Positions 38,375-49,102 of a DNA stretch of 64,000 nt are shown one piece after another (within the stretch, counting starts at the first letter, position 1; every line of letters starts with the position of its first letter). The stretch is from NCBI GenBank assembly GCA_963740835.1, contig CAVUFH010000003.1, positions 395,515 to 459,514 on the forward strand. Reading direction: 5' to 3'. The notes beneath the pieces are model-generated. The model was given only the letters and a program-made list of their open reading frames with translations, searched no databases and had not been told where the DNA came from. This DNA is from an uncultured Actinomycetes bacterium (lineage in GTDB: Bacteria; Actinomycetota; Acidimicrobiia; IMCC26256; PALSA-610). The translations under genes and the position numbers were made by a program.

Positions 38375-38772
38375 TCGCCGCTCGACGGGTCCGCGAACAT
38401 CACGAGGGCACCGTTGCAGTCGGTGATCATGAACGCGCGCATCCCCCACTCCATCGTTTCCGGCGGCTGCACGACCGTCACGCCTTGCCCCGCGATGTCC
38501 TCGTAGAGCGCGTCCAGCTCGCTCACGTACAACGTCATGTACGACGTGGGCGGTTCGGTCGGTTCCGAGCGCGAGAAGTGGAACGTCGTGTCGCCGGCGA
38601 TGATCGACCCGTGCAGCACGGGCTCACCCCACGCGAACTCGACTTGCAACCCGAGCTTGTCCTGGTACCAGAGCAACGTCGCCAGCACATCGGCGACGTT
38701 GATGATGCTGCTGGCGTTGCGGATCTTGTCCGCGTTGCGGGCCTTGGATGCGAACACCGGTGCTGTGGCCAT
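38371..38772 (-). CDS. VOC/glyoxalase (bleomycin-resistance-like) protein
   Basis: The 133-aa ORF reads NVADVLATLLWYQDKLGLQVEF...WGMRAFMITDCNGALVMF. Confidence 0.75.
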   Translation of the reverse strand: MATAPVFASKARNADKIRNASSIINVADVLATLLWYQDKLGLQVEFAWGEPVLHGSIIAGDTTFHFSRSEPTEPPTSYMTLYVSELDALYEDIAGQGVTVVQPPETMEWGMRAFMITDCNGALVMFADPSSGE

Positions 38773-38816
38773 GGGGCGCTCCCTCGCGTACCGTCTCGGG
38801 TCATGACCGTAACGGG

Positions 38817-39668
38817 ATGGCGGCGGCTCGGATATCGCAGATCGGACAAGCCGTGCTCGCCGTAGGACACCGTGCCGCGGTGCCGAACGACGCTCCCCGG
38901 CGGCTCGCCGACGCGCCCCACCCGGTCTTCGTGCGCGCCTTCGAGTATCCGCAGGGCTACACCGGGTACACCCACCGCCACCGGCTCGCGCAGCTGGTCT
39001 ACCCGGTGCGGGGCGTCGTGTCCGTCGAGACCTATGCCGGCACGTGGGTCGTGACGACGTTGACCGCGGTCGCCATCCCGCCGTGGCGCGAGCATCGGGT
39101 ATCTGCGCACGGGAACGCATCACTGCGCAGCGTCTTCGTCGATCCTGATGCCCACTCGGAGCTGCTCACCGAGCTGGCGACGGTGCACGTGAGCGAGCTG
39201 CTGCACGAGCTCATCCGCGAAGCGGGTCGCCACTACACCTACTTCGACAACACCGACGGCGTGACCTCGGGCGTGATCACGCTGATCGCGCAGCTGTTGC
39301 CCTCGATGCCGAAGGCGGCGACGTCGGTGTGGCTCCCGCACGTCGAGAGCGAACTGCTGCAGCCGGTCGCAGACGCACTCGACGCCGATCCCGCCGACCC
39401 GACCACCGTGGAGCAGTGGGCGCGCCGGCTCGGGCTCAGCGCGCGCCACTTCAGCCGGCTGTTCAAGGCGGAGACCGGCGTCACGTACTCGACGTGGCGC
39501 GCGTTGCACCACGTCGAACACGCGTTGGTGATGCTGGCTGCGGGTCACACCGTGACGCGCGTGGCGATGGACCTCGGCTACGCCTCGACGAGCTCCTTCA
39601 TCGAGATGTTCAAGCGCCACACCGGCCGCACGCCGGGCGCTTCCGGACCACGCGCACTCGTTCGCTGA
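38817..39668 (+). CDS. AraC-family transcriptional regulator (cupin-like N-terminus)
   Basis: The C-terminal HTH reads WARRLGLSARHFSRLFKAETGVTYSTWR...DLGYASTSSFIEMFKRHTGRTPG. Confidence 0.8.
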   Translation: MAAARISQIGQAVLAVGHRAAVPNDAPRRLADAPHPVFVRAFEYPQGYTGYTHRHRLAQLVYPVRGVVSVETYAGTWVVTTLTAVAIPPWREHRVSAHGNASLRSVFVDPDAHSELLTELATVHVSELLHELIREAGRHYTYFDNTDGVTSGVITLIAQLLPSMPKAATSVWLPHVESELLQPVADALDADPADPTTVEQWARRLGLSARHFSRLFKAETGVTYSTWRALHHVEHALVMLAAGHTVTRVAMDLGYASTSSFIEMFKRHTGRTPGASGPRALVR

Positions 39669-39672
39669 GGTG

Positions 39673-40278
<606 letters not shown>

Positions 40279-40391
40279 GGAAACCCCCTCGGTCGGGTCA
40301 GCGCGCGCAAGGTAGCCGGATGTCGTGTCGGGGGAAAAGGGCAGGTTCTCTCTGGACAAACGCCGACGGCGCGTCGTTACGTTGCAACGTC

Positions 40392-40786
40392 ATGCTCGAT
40401 GACGAGGCGATCGCCTGCGCGCTGGCGGTCACGGACCGATTCCTCACCACGTTCAACGCCGGCGACGCGCGGGGCACGCGGCGACGCTCGCGTATCCGCA
40501 CATCCGGCTCGCGAGCGCGAGCGTCCTCATCTGGTCCGACATCGATGAAGCGACCGCGGCCATGGAGCAGGCGCTGGCGGAGTTGCGCGAGCGCACACAT
40601 TGGGATCACAGCGAGTGGGACCACCGCAACGTGATCCATTTCGACACGACGAAGGTCCACCTGGACGTGCAGCTCACGCGGTACCGCGAGGACAACTCGG
40701 TGATCGGGATCTACCCCGCGGTGTACGTCGTGGTCGCGCACGACGGCGAGTGGCTCATCCAGTGCCGCTCGAGCTTCGCACCCTGA
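40392..40786 (+). pseudogene. NTF2-like fold protein; reading frame disrupted near 40468-40478
   Basis: MLDDEAIACALAVTDRFLTTFNAGDA... continues in another frame as HAATLAYPHIRLASASVLIW...AVYVVVAHDGEWLIQCRSSF. Confidence 0.6.
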
Positions 40787-41066
40787 TCGCCGGAGCGCGG
40801 GAGTCCCCGACGGCGATCGCGCCAAGGTCTGGCGAGGTGGCCGGCGACGGGAAGCCGAACGACCCGGGCGCAAAGCTGTCCGCGAACCGCTGCCGCACGA
40901 CGGGATCGTGCAGGTTCGGCAGAGGTACTGATGCCACCGCCCGAGCGCGCACGCCGGGGCTGACCGGATCGACGCCAGCCTCGTTGCTCACGGACCGCGC
41001 GGCGCAGCCAACACTTGCCAATGCCAGCGCCATGACAACGGCGTACCTGCTCAATCGACGCATCAT
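40755..41066 (-). CDS. Small lipoprotein, unknown function
   Basis: A GAGGAGG SD precedes MMRRLSRYAVVMALALASVGC (lipobox). The 3' end overlaps the convergent gene by 32 nt. Confidence 0.55.
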   Translation of the reverse strand: MMRRLSRYAVVMALALASVGCAARSVSNEAGVDPVSPGVRARAVASVPLPNLHDPVVRQRFADSFAPGSFGFPSPATSPDLGAIAVGDSRAPAIRVRSSSGTG

Positions 41067-41174
41067 CCCGTCCTCCTCGCATGGTGGCCCGATGAGAGGG
41101 TGCACCGCGGGCGCCCCGAGAACATCCGTGCCACCACGGAAGTTCGCGCGCACGCAATGTGCGACCATCTATTC

Positions 41175-42245
41175 ATGCGGCCTGACGTGCAATACGTCCG
41201 CTGCGGTGACGGCTACGTCGCTTACACCGCGTTCGGCGACGGGCCGACTGATCTCGTCCTGATCTTCGCCGACCTCACGCATCTGGAACTCGGGTGGCGC
41301 GAACCCGGTCTGGCGCGCTTCCTCGGGCGTCTCGCCGACTGGTCGCGCCTGATTTGTTGTGACAAGCGCGGTTTCGGTCTCTCGGATCGAATCACCAGCA
41401 GCGCAACGATCGACGATCGCGTCGACGAGATCTCGGCCGTGCTCGATGACGTCGGCTCCGAGCGGGCCGCCCTGTTCGGAATTTGGGAAGGTGGGCAGAT
41501 GGCGATGGCCTTCGCCGCGTCGCATCCCGAGCGAACGGCCAGCCTCGTCCTCTACGGCAGCGGACCGCGCAACACTGCCGCGCCCGACTACGACCTCCTC
41601 TACGACCGCGAGCTCGTCGCGTCCGCGATCCAGCAGCAAGTCGAGCACTGGGGCGAACCTGAGGCCCTCGACCTCACGATCCTCGCACCGAGCCGCGCGA
41701 ATGACGCCGCTTTCCGGCGCTGGTTCGCGGAGCTGCAACGACTCGGGTGCAGCCCGGGTCAATACCTCGAGTCAGCGATGTGGGCACTCGACATCGACGT
41801 GCGTTCGCTGCTCGCTTCGATCATGACGCCGACCCTTGTTCTTCACCGGACCGGCGATCTCTTCTGTCCGCTCGCGAACGGTCGCTATCTGGCCGATCAC
41901 ATACCGGACGCCCAGCTCGTCGAGCTCGAAGGAGACGATCATCTGCCGTTCGTGGGTGACACCGACGCCATCACGGACGCGGTCGAGTCGTTCGTCACCG
42001 GTCGTATCCGCCGCCGCAGGCGCGCCGCGGACATAGTGCCGGTCGCGCTGCGACGGGCCGGCGTGACGCGTCGCGAGTTCGAAGTCCTCGACCTCGTCGC
42101 GTCGGGAGCGACGAACACGGAGATCGCCGAACAGCTACACATCTCGGTGCGCACCGTGGAGAGCCACGTGTCCTCGTTGCTTGCGAAGCTGCAGAGCGAG
42201 AGCCGGGCCGGGCTCATCGCGGCCGGAATCTCGACCCGGATGTAG
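41175..42245 (+). CDS. Alpha/beta-hydrolase fold domain fused to a C-terminal LuxR-type HTH
   Basis: The N-terminus reads CCDKRGFGLSD...LFGIWEGG (the nucleophile-elbow position has Trp-Glu instead of Ser)...HRTGD. The C-terminus reads TRREFEVLDLVASGATNTEIAEQLHISVRTVESHVSSLLAKL. The start is uncertain (41157 or 41175). Confidence 0.8.
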   Translation: MRPDVQYVRCGDGYVAYTAFGDGPTDLVLIFADLTHLELGWREPGLARFLGRLADWSRLICCDKRGFGLSDRITSSATIDDRVDEISAVLDDVGSERAALFGIWEGGQMAMAFAASHPERTASLVLYGSGPRNTAAPDYDLLYDRELVASAIQQQVEHWGEPEALDLTILAPSRANDAAFRRWFAELQRLGCSPGQYLESAMWALDIDVRSLLASIMTPTLVLHRTGDLFCPLANGRYLADHIPDAQLVELEGDDHLPFVGDTDAITDAVESFVTGRIRRRRRAADIVPVALRRAGVTRREFEVLDLVASGATNTEIAEQLHISVRTVESHVSSLLAKLQSESRAGLIAAGISTRM

Positions 42246-42275
42246 CCGCACGGCCTGCTGGCAAGCTGCGCCGCG

Positions 42276-44450
42276 TCAGCGGATCAGGGGATCACGCGGC
42301 AGCCCGAGGATGCGTTCGCCGATCTGGTTGCGCGTGATCTCCGAGGTCCCGCCCGCGATCGTCATGGCCCGGCTGAAGATCAGCACCTGCGCGATCGCGG
42401 CCCCGTCGCCAGCGAGTGTCGCCACGTCGGCGCCGGCGAGGTGCAGCCCCAGATCGGCCGCGTGCTGGAGGTGCTCGGCGCTGATGAGCTTGGTGACGTT
42501 GCCCTCGGGACCGGGCTCACCACCCGCGACCGCGCGCTCGGCGGCGCGCAGGTTGACGACGCGGAGGGTTTGGGCCTCGGCCACGTGCTTGCCGACCGCG
42601 GTGGCCGCACCGTCGACGCCCGCATCCCCATTGCGGGCGCAGTGGTTCCGGTAGATGTCAAGTAGGTCGAGGCTGAACATGTTGCCGGCGCCGCCGCCGA
42701 TGCTGACGCGCTCGTTGCCGAGCGTGGAGCGCGCCACCGCCCAGCCGCCGTCGACCGGACCCACGACGTCGTCGTCCGGCACGAACACGTCGTTGAAGAA
42801 CACCTCGTTGAACATGGACGCGCCCGATGCCTCGCGCAACGGACGCACCTCGACGCCGTCGGCGTGCATGTCGAGCACAACGGTGGTGATGCCGTCGTGC
42901 TTGGCGACGTCCGGGTTCGTGCGCACGGTGGCGAGGCCGCGATGGCAGTACTGCGCCCCGCTCGTCCACACCTTCTGACCGGACACGAGGAACCCGCCGT
43001 CGACGCGCGTCGCCTTGGTGCGCACACCGGCCGCGTCCGAACCGGCATCGGGCTCGCTGAACAGCTGGCACCACACGAGGTCACCGTTCAACGTCGGTCG
43101 CACCCACCGCTCGATCTGGTCGGGCGTCGCGTGCTGGATGAGCGTGAGGATGACCCATCCGGTGATGCCGTATTGTGGGCGGGCGACGCCGGCACGCGCG
43201 AACTCCTCATCGATGACGAGCTGCTCGAGTGCCTTCGCGGCGCGGCCCCACGGCTGCGGCCAGTGCGGTTGCACATAGCCGGTGTCGATCAACTTCGTGC
43301 GCTGCTCGGCCGCCGGGAGCGCCGCGAGCTCTTCGGCGACCGCGCGCGTCGTGACACGCAACGCCTCGGCTTCCGGCGGGAGGTCGAGCCCGAGCGCCCG
43401 CGTCGTCCCCGCGACCCCCAACGCGGTCACGTCGCGGGCCGCGGCATCGGCGTCGAAGAGCGCGACCAGCGTGGCCGCGCGGCGCAGCAGCATGTGCCCA
43501 TCGTGCTCCCACGTGAAGCCGATGCCGCCGTGCACCTGGATGTTGAGCTGCGCGTTGCGGAGGAACGCCGGCACCGACTGCACCGCGGCGACCGCGGCCG
43601 CGAGCGCGAACTGGTCGCCGCCGCCTTCGGCCGCGCGCGCGGCGTCCCACACCGCGGCGGTGCCCAATTCTGAGGCCACGAGCATGTTGGCGCAGTGGTG
43701 CTTGACCGCCTGGAACATCGCGATCGGGCGACCGAACTGCTGGCGCTCCTTGGCGTAGGCGGTCGCGCGCTCGACGCACTCCTGCGCACCACCGACCGCT
43801 TCGGCGGACACGAGCGCGCGGGCTACATCGCGCGCGAGCGCGGCGGCACCCCGCAGCACGCGGTTGGCGGGGACCGTCACCTTGCGCGCCACGACGGTGC
43901 CGACCCGCCGCGTCGGGTCGAGGTTGCCCGCGACCGTGACGGACAAACCCGCGACGTCATGGTCCACCACGACGAGGTCATCGCCGGCCACGAGCACGAA
44001 CAGTTCGGCGAGTCCGGCGCCGAGGACCGCGCCGCCGTCACCGTTCACGGTCTCGCCCTCGAGGGTCAACCCGCCACCGAGGCCGAGCGCGGCGATCCGG
44101 CTGCCGTCCGCGAGGCCGGGGAGCAGCGTGGCCCGCTGCGCATCGGTCCCGGCCATCGCGATCACGGTGGACGCCAGCACCGTCGGGAGGAACGGACCGG
44201 GCGCGATCGCCCGCCCCAGCTCCTGGAGCACGACGACGAGCTCCGGCAGGCCGTACCCGCTGCCGCCCACGGCCTCGGGGAGGTGCAGGCCGAGCCAGCC
44301 GAGCTCGGCGAGCTCGTCCCAGAACTTGGGGAGCTCTTCGGTCGGCGCGTCGAGCAACGCTCGCGCCGCGGCGCGTGCGTTGACGTTCTCGAGGAACGCG
44401 CGCGCCACGCTCTCGAGCTCGCGGTGCGTATCGGTCAAGGCGATCGGCAT
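42276..44450 (-). CDS. Tandem (double-domain) acyl-CoA dehydrogenase
   Basis: The 724-aa ORF contains two ACAD-like halves. It reads ERQQFGRPIAMFQAVKHHCA...HGGIGFTWEHD in the first and CQLFSEPDAGSD...GGTSEITRNQIGERILGLP in the second. Confidence 0.9.
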   Translation of the reverse strand: MPIALTDTHRELESVARAFLENVNARAAARALLDAPTEELPKFWDELAELGWLGLHLPEAVGGSGYGLPELVVVLQELGRAIAPGPFLPTVLASTVIAMAGTDAQRATLLPGLADGSRIAALGLGGGLTLEGETVNGDGGAVLGAGLAELFVLVAGDDLVVVDHDVAGLSVTVAGNLDPTRRVGTVVARKVTVPANRVLRGAAALARDVARALVSAEAVGGAQECVERATAYAKERQQFGRPIAMFQAVKHHCANMLVASELGTAAVWDAARAAEGGGDQFALAAAVAAVQSVPAFLRNAQLNIQVHGGIGFTWEHDGHMLLRRAATLVALFDADAAARDVTALGVAGTTRALGLDLPPEAEALRVTTRAVAEELAALPAAEQRTKLIDTGYVQPHWPQPWGRAAKALEQLVIDEEFARAGVARPQYGITGWVILTLIQHATPDQIERWVRPTLNGDLVWCQLFSEPDAGSDAAGVRTKATRVDGGFLVSGQKVWTSGAQYCHRGLATVRTNPDVAKHDGITTVVLDMHADGVEVRPLREASGASMFNEVFFNDVFVPDDDVVGPVDGGWAVARSTLGNERVSIGGGAGNMFSLDLLDIYRNHCARNGDAGVDGAATAVGKHVAEAQTLRVVNLRAAERAVAGGEPGPEGNVTKLISAEHLQHAADLGLHLAGADVATLAGDGAAIAQVLIFSRAMTIAGGTSEITRNQIGERILGLPRDPLIR

Positions 44451-44636
44451 GGCGGGACCGTACCGTTCAGCGGATCACGAAGTCAGACGCGTCCGGGGCC
44501 TTGGTCCAGTTCCAGTAGTCGACGAGCCGCCACGCGGCGACGATCGTCGCCGGCGAGACCGTGGCGGACCACGGCGAGCGCACGGATGCCCGACGGGGTC
44601 GCGTCGTGCTGGAGTCACTAGCGTCGCGAGCCGACC

Positions 44637-45806
44637 ATGCGCCGGCACTTCGCCTTCGTGATCGGGCTCACGCTCGCGGCAACGACCGCGGCCGCATGCT
44701 CGAGTGGCGGGGGCAACGAGAGCAGCGCACCCGTGAGCACGGCCGCGGCGACGACGACCGCTCCTGTCCCCGGTGCGGAGTGGGAGAAGGTCGCACCGGC
44801 CGCGGTGGGTCTCGACGCCGCGAAGCTCAACCAGATCGCACAGGTCGCCGAAGCGGGGAAGTCGAAGTGCCTCGTGGTCGTGCGGGACGGGAAGCTCGCG
44901 GGCGAGTGGTACTTCCGCGGGACGAACGAACACAGCACGCAGGACGTCTTCTCCATGACCAAGTCGGTGTCGAGCACGCTCGTCGGCATCGCGCAGGACG
45001 ACGGGGACCTGAAGCTCACCGACCACGCGTCCACGTGGATCCCTCAGTGGAAGCACACGCCCGCCGACGCCGTCACCCTGCGCGATCTCCTGAGCAACGA
45101 CTCCGGTCGCGAGTGGAGCCCGGCGATCGACTACGTGCAGCTGCTCGCGGCGGCGGATCGCACCGCGTTCGCGGTCGGGCTGCCGCAGGCGGAGCCGCCC
45201 GGGCAAGTGTGGGCGTACAACAACTCCGCGATCCAGACGCTGCAGCCGGTCGTCCAGGGAGCAACCGGGCAGGATCCCGTCGCGTTCGCCCAACAGCGGT
45301 TGTTCGGGCCGCTCGACATGACCGACACGCGGATGACCACCGACCGCGCCGGCAACGCGCAGATGTTCGAAGGCGTGCAGTCGACGTGTCGCGACATGGC
45401 GCGCTTCGGTGTGCTCATGCTGAACCACGGCAAGTGGGGCGACAAGCAGGTGGTGTCGCGCGCGTGGGTGCAGGACGCGACCGGGCACTCGTCACAGGAA
45501 CTCAACGCGGCGTACGGATACCTGTGGTGGTTGAATCGCAAGGGCGTCATCGGCAGCCCCCTCGTCGCCACCGACCTGAGCAAAGCGCAGAACCCGACGA
45601 CGGCGAAGGGTCAGGTCGTGCCGGGCGCACCCGCCGACATGTTCTGGGCGCTCGGCCTCGGCAATCAGATCGTGCAGGTCGATCCTGGATCGAAGACGGT
45701 CGTCGTCCGGCTGGGGACGGCCGAAGCCCGCCCGCGGCCGCCCACCTTCGGAACGGCGGAAGCCAGCAAGGTCGTGACCGAGGCCGTCACGACCGCCGCG
45801 AAGTGA
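44637..45806 (+). CDS. Serine hydrolase (beta-lactamase/PBP4* family) lipoprotein
   Basis: It has the lipobox TAAACS, the SxxK motif FSMTKS, and YNNS. Confidence 0.85.
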   Translation: MRRHFAFVIGLTLAATTAAACSSGGGNESSAPVSTAAATTTAPVPGAEWEKVAPAAVGLDAAKLNQIAQVAEAGKSKCLVVVRDGKLAGEWYFRGTNEHSTQDVFSMTKSVSSTLVGIAQDDGDLKLTDHASTWIPQWKHTPADAVTLRDLLSNDSGREWSPAIDYVQLLAAADRTAFAVGLPQAEPPGQVWAYNNSAIQTLQPVVQGATGQDPVAFAQQRLFGPLDMTDTRMTTDRAGNAQMFEGVQSTCRDMARFGVLMLNHGKWGDKQVVSRAWVQDATGHSSQELNAAYGYLWWLNRKGVIGSPLVATDLSKAQNPTTAKGQVVPGAPADMFWALGLGNQIVQVDPGSKTVVVRLGTAEARPRPPTFGTAEASKVVTEAVTTAAK

Positions 45807-47234
45807 CCGCGTCGACCCGGCGCCAATTCCTGCACGACGCGTTCGTGTTGGCCGCGGGCGTGGCGTTCGCCGGTGTCGCCGCGGGCTGCTCCGACTCCAG
45901 TGACGGCGGCAACGCATCGCCGGTACCCACATCCGCGTCGACGTCGGCTGCAACGACGGGCCCGGCGCGCGCGTCCGCGGACGCAGTCGCGCACGAGGCC
46001 TTCCTCGCGGGCTTCCCGTTGGTCACGACGGTGCGCACCATGCAGACGTTCGCGCAGCTGTTCGGCGTCAACCGCCTCAACGTGCGGCCGGGCCTCGCGA
46101 GCCCGACGTCGCACTTCGTCGTCGCGCCCAATCGCGACACGGTGTACGCGCTCGCGGTGCTCGATCTCCGCGCGGGCGCGCACGTGCTCACCGTTCCCGC
46201 GATCCCCGACCGGTACCACGTCATCCAGTTCCTCGACGCGTGGATGGGCGACTTCGCGCTCGTCGGCACCCGCACCACCGGTGGCCGGGGCGGCACGTGG
46301 ATCATCACGCCGCCCGGGTACGAGGAGCCGATCCCCCGCGGCAGCCGGCGCCTCGCCGCACCGACGAACCAGGCGATCCTGCTCGGTCGCATCCGCGCCG
46401 TCGACGACGCCGACGCAGTCGTGGCCTCCGCCGAGTTCAGCCCGATGACGCTCGCGCCGGTCGACGCCGGAGCTCCGCCCGCGCCGGCCATGGCCGCGCC
46501 CACGGGCACGCCGCAATCGGTCGGCGCGAACGGGGTCGCGTTCTTCGACGAGGTCGGCGATGCGCTCGAAGCCAACGCGCCGGTGACGGCGGCGCAGCGG
46601 CGCGCGATGAACGCCGCGGTCGCGCTCGGAGCCGGCGCAGGAAAGCATCCGAGCACCGACGCGGGCGCCCAGACGGCCGCGCTCGCGAACGGCATCGCGA
46701 CGTGGCCTCGCCGCGATCGAGGACCCCAAGGTGCACGGCGCGCGCACGATCGACGGCTGGGCGGTCAACCTCGAACTCGGCAAAGAGGCGAGCGCGACGG
46801 GCCTGCTCCCGCGTGCGGTCGTCGCGAAGTATTACTGGGGTCCGGTGCCGGCGAAGGAAGCTGTGTACCCGCGTGCGCTGACGGCGGACGACGGAGGTGC
46901 CCTCGACGGCGCCAAGCAGTACCGCATCCACTTCCCTGCAGGGAAGACCCCGCCGGTCGACGCCTTCTGGTCGGTGACCGTCTACGGGCCCGACATGTTC
47001 CTCGTCCCCAACGCCGCCAACCGCTACTCCCTCAGCGGCGACACGCCCGGCCTCGTACGCAACGATGACGGCTCGCTCGACGTGTTCCTGCAGCAACAGC
47101 CGCCGCCCACCGGCACCGGGAACTGGCTGCCCATCCCCGCGGGTCCGTTCAATCTCGTCATGCGCTGCTACTTACCGCGCCCGCCGATCCTCGACGGCTC
47201 GTACGCCTACCCGCCCATCACGGTGACCGTGTAG
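45803..47234 (+). pseudogene. DUF1254/DUF1214 two-domain protein with a Tat-lipoprotein signal; reading frame disrupted near 46698-46704
   Basis: It has a GTGA overlap with the upstream gene and a TRRQFL...AAGCS signal. The DUF1254 part reads APNRDTVYALAVLDL...DRYHVIQFLDAWMG. The tail in another frame reads GNWLPIPAGPFNLVMRCYLP (DUF1214). Confidence 0.75.
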
Positions 47235-47260
47235 CAATTGCGCTGCGCCACAATGCACCG

Positions 47261-48046
47261 GTGACCCGGCGGTGGCCCTTCTCCGAAGCGCGACGCAAGC
47301 GCGCGCTCCGGCGGGAGCCGTTTCCCGACACCTGGCGGGCGCTCATCGACCGCAATGTCGTCCACGCACGCGTGCTCCCCGCGACCGAACATGAACAGCT
47401 GGAAGACCTCGTCATCGCGCTGATCACCGACAAGCGCTGGGAAGCCGCGCGTGGGTTCACGCTCACCGACGAGATCCAGGTCACCATCGCGGCCCAAGCC
47501 GCGCTGCTCGTGCTCGGCCTGGGCTACGACTCGTACCGCGGTGTACGCACGATCATCGTCCACCCGACGACGATGACGCTCACGGGCGAACGCGGCGGCC
47601 CGATCGAGGGCACGGTGAGCAACAGCCCGCTCCCGGTGCTCGGAGTCGCGCACTACGACGGACCTGTGATCATCGCGTGGGACTCGGCGCGCGCCGATGC
47701 GCGTCACCCGGAGCGCGGCCACAACGTCGTGTATCACGAGTTCGCACACAAGCTCGACATGCTCGACGGTGTGGTCGACGGCACGCCTCCGCTCGAACGG
47801 CAGGAGGAGCTGGACCGTTGGGTGGCAGTGTGCACGGCCGAGTACGAAGCGCTGCGCGACGGCACCGACGACGGATTCCTCGACGGCTACGCGAGTGTCA
47901 ACCCGGCCGAGTTCTTCGCGGTCGCCACCGAAGCGTTCTTCGATCTTCCCGTGCAGCTCGAAGCCGCGAAGCCCGACTTGTATGCCGTGCTTCGCGACTT
48001 CTACCGCCAAGACCCCGCCCGCGTCGCGCGCGCCCGCTTGACTTGA
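47261..48046 (+). CDS. Zinc-dependent peptidase, MtfA/M90 family
   Basis: It has an HEFAHKLD zinc motif and NPAEFFAVATEAFF. Confidence 0.8.
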   Translation: MTRRWPFSEARRKRALRREPFPDTWRALIDRNVVHARVLPATEHEQLEDLVIALITDKRWEAARGFTLTDEIQVTIAAQAALLVLGLGYDSYRGVRTIIVHPTTMTLTGERGGPIEGTVSNSPLPVLGVAHYDGPVIIAWDSARADARHPERGHNVVYHEFAHKLDMLDGVVDGTPPLERQEELDRWVAVCTAEYEALRDGTDDGFLDGYASVNPAEFFAVATEAFFDLPVQLEAAKPDLYAVLRDFYRQDPARVARARLT

Positions 48047-48074
48047 ACCGGGGTCGAGGTTGCAGTGTGCGGTG

Positions 48075-49034
48075 ATGCGCGCGGTGTGGTTGAAGGAGTT
48101 CGGGGCGCCCGAGGTGCTGCAGGTCGGCGACGCGCCGGACCCGATCGCGGGCGAGGGGCACGTCGTCGTCGCGGTCGAGTTCGTGAACATCACGTTCGTC
48201 GAGACGCAGTTCCGGAGCGGGATGGCGGGCCCGTTCTCGGGCACCCCCTTGCCGGTGATCCCCGGCAACGGGGTGGGCGGCCGGGTGCGGGCGGTCGGCC
48301 CCGACGTCTCCCCCGCCCTCGTCGGTCTGCGCGTCGTCACCGCGACCGGCGGCGCGGGTGGGTACGCGGAGCGCGTCGCGGTTCCTGCAGCCGGGCTGGT
48401 ACCAGTGCCCGACGAAGTCGCGATGGACGACGCGGTCGCGTTGTTGTCCGACGGCCGCACCGCGATGCTGCTCGTCCGCGACGCAGAGCTGCGCGCGGGT
48501 GAACGGGTGCTGGTGGAAGCGGCGGCGGGCGGCCTGGGCAGCTTGCTCGTGCAGCTCGCGAACAACGCGGGTACGACGGTTGTCGCGGCCGCGGGCGGGA
48601 CGCGCAAGCTCGAAGTTGCCGGCGACCTCGGCGCCGCCTTCGCGGTCGACTACACCGCGCCCGATTGGGCCGAGCAGGTCCGCGCCGCGGTGGGCGCGGT
48701 CGATGTCGTGTTCGACGGTGTCGGCGGCGCGATCGGCGCGGCCGCGTTCGATCTCGTCGCGACCGGCGGCCGCATGTTGAGCTTCGGCATGGCGAGCGGG
48801 ACGTTCACGAGCGTCCCGGACGACATCGCGGTCGCGCGCCGTGTGACGATCCGGCGCGGCGTACCGATCACACCCGAGCTCTCGCGCCAGCTCACGCAGG
48901 CCGCGCTCGCCGAAGCGTCCGCGGGCCGGCTGCACCCTGTCATCGGCCAACGCCTCCCACTCGCGGACGCGGCCGCGGCGCACGCCGCGATCGAGGCGCG
49001 CGCGACGATCGGGAAGACCCTGCTCGTGCCCTGA
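48075..49034 (+). CDS. MDR-superfamily NADPH:quinone oxidoreductase-like protein
   Basis: It reads [19 protein letters not shown]...PGNGVGGRV...[14 protein letters not shown]. Confidence 0.85.
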   Translation: MRAVWLKEFGAPEVLQVGDAPDPIAGEGHVVVAVEFVNITFVETQFRSGMAGPFSGTPLPVIPGNGVGGRVRAVGPDVSPALVGLRVVTATGGAGGYAERVAVPAAGLVPVPDEVAMDDAVALLSDGRTAMLLVRDAELRAGERVLVEAAAGGLGSLLVQLANNAGTTVVAAAGGTRKLEVAGDLGAAFAVDYTAPDWAEQVRAAVGAVDVVFDGVGGAIGAAAFDLVATGGRMLSFGMASGTFTSVPDDIAVARRVTIRRGVPITPELSRQLTQAALAEASAGRLHPVIGQRLPLADAAAAHAAIEARATIGKTLLVP

Positions 49035-49102
49035 CGGCCCTGCCGACCCGGACCGGGGCGACCTGCCAGACTTCGCGCCGTGCCGAACCGGGACTCGTCG
49101 TC

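Noticed and set aside
40379-40390. Perfect 12-bp palindrome ACGTTGCAACGT abutting the NTF2-like gene start
   Set aside because: About 16 perfect 12-bp palindromes are expected by chance in 64 kb (64000/4^6). Without flanking conservation it is not evidence for an operator.
44536-44551. Perfect 16-bp palindrome GGCGACGATCGTCGCC in the divergent ACAD/serine-hydrolase promoter region
   Set aside because: Roughly one such palindrome is expected by chance in a window of this size, and more in GC-rich DNA. I noted it but it is not supportable as a binding site without comparative data.
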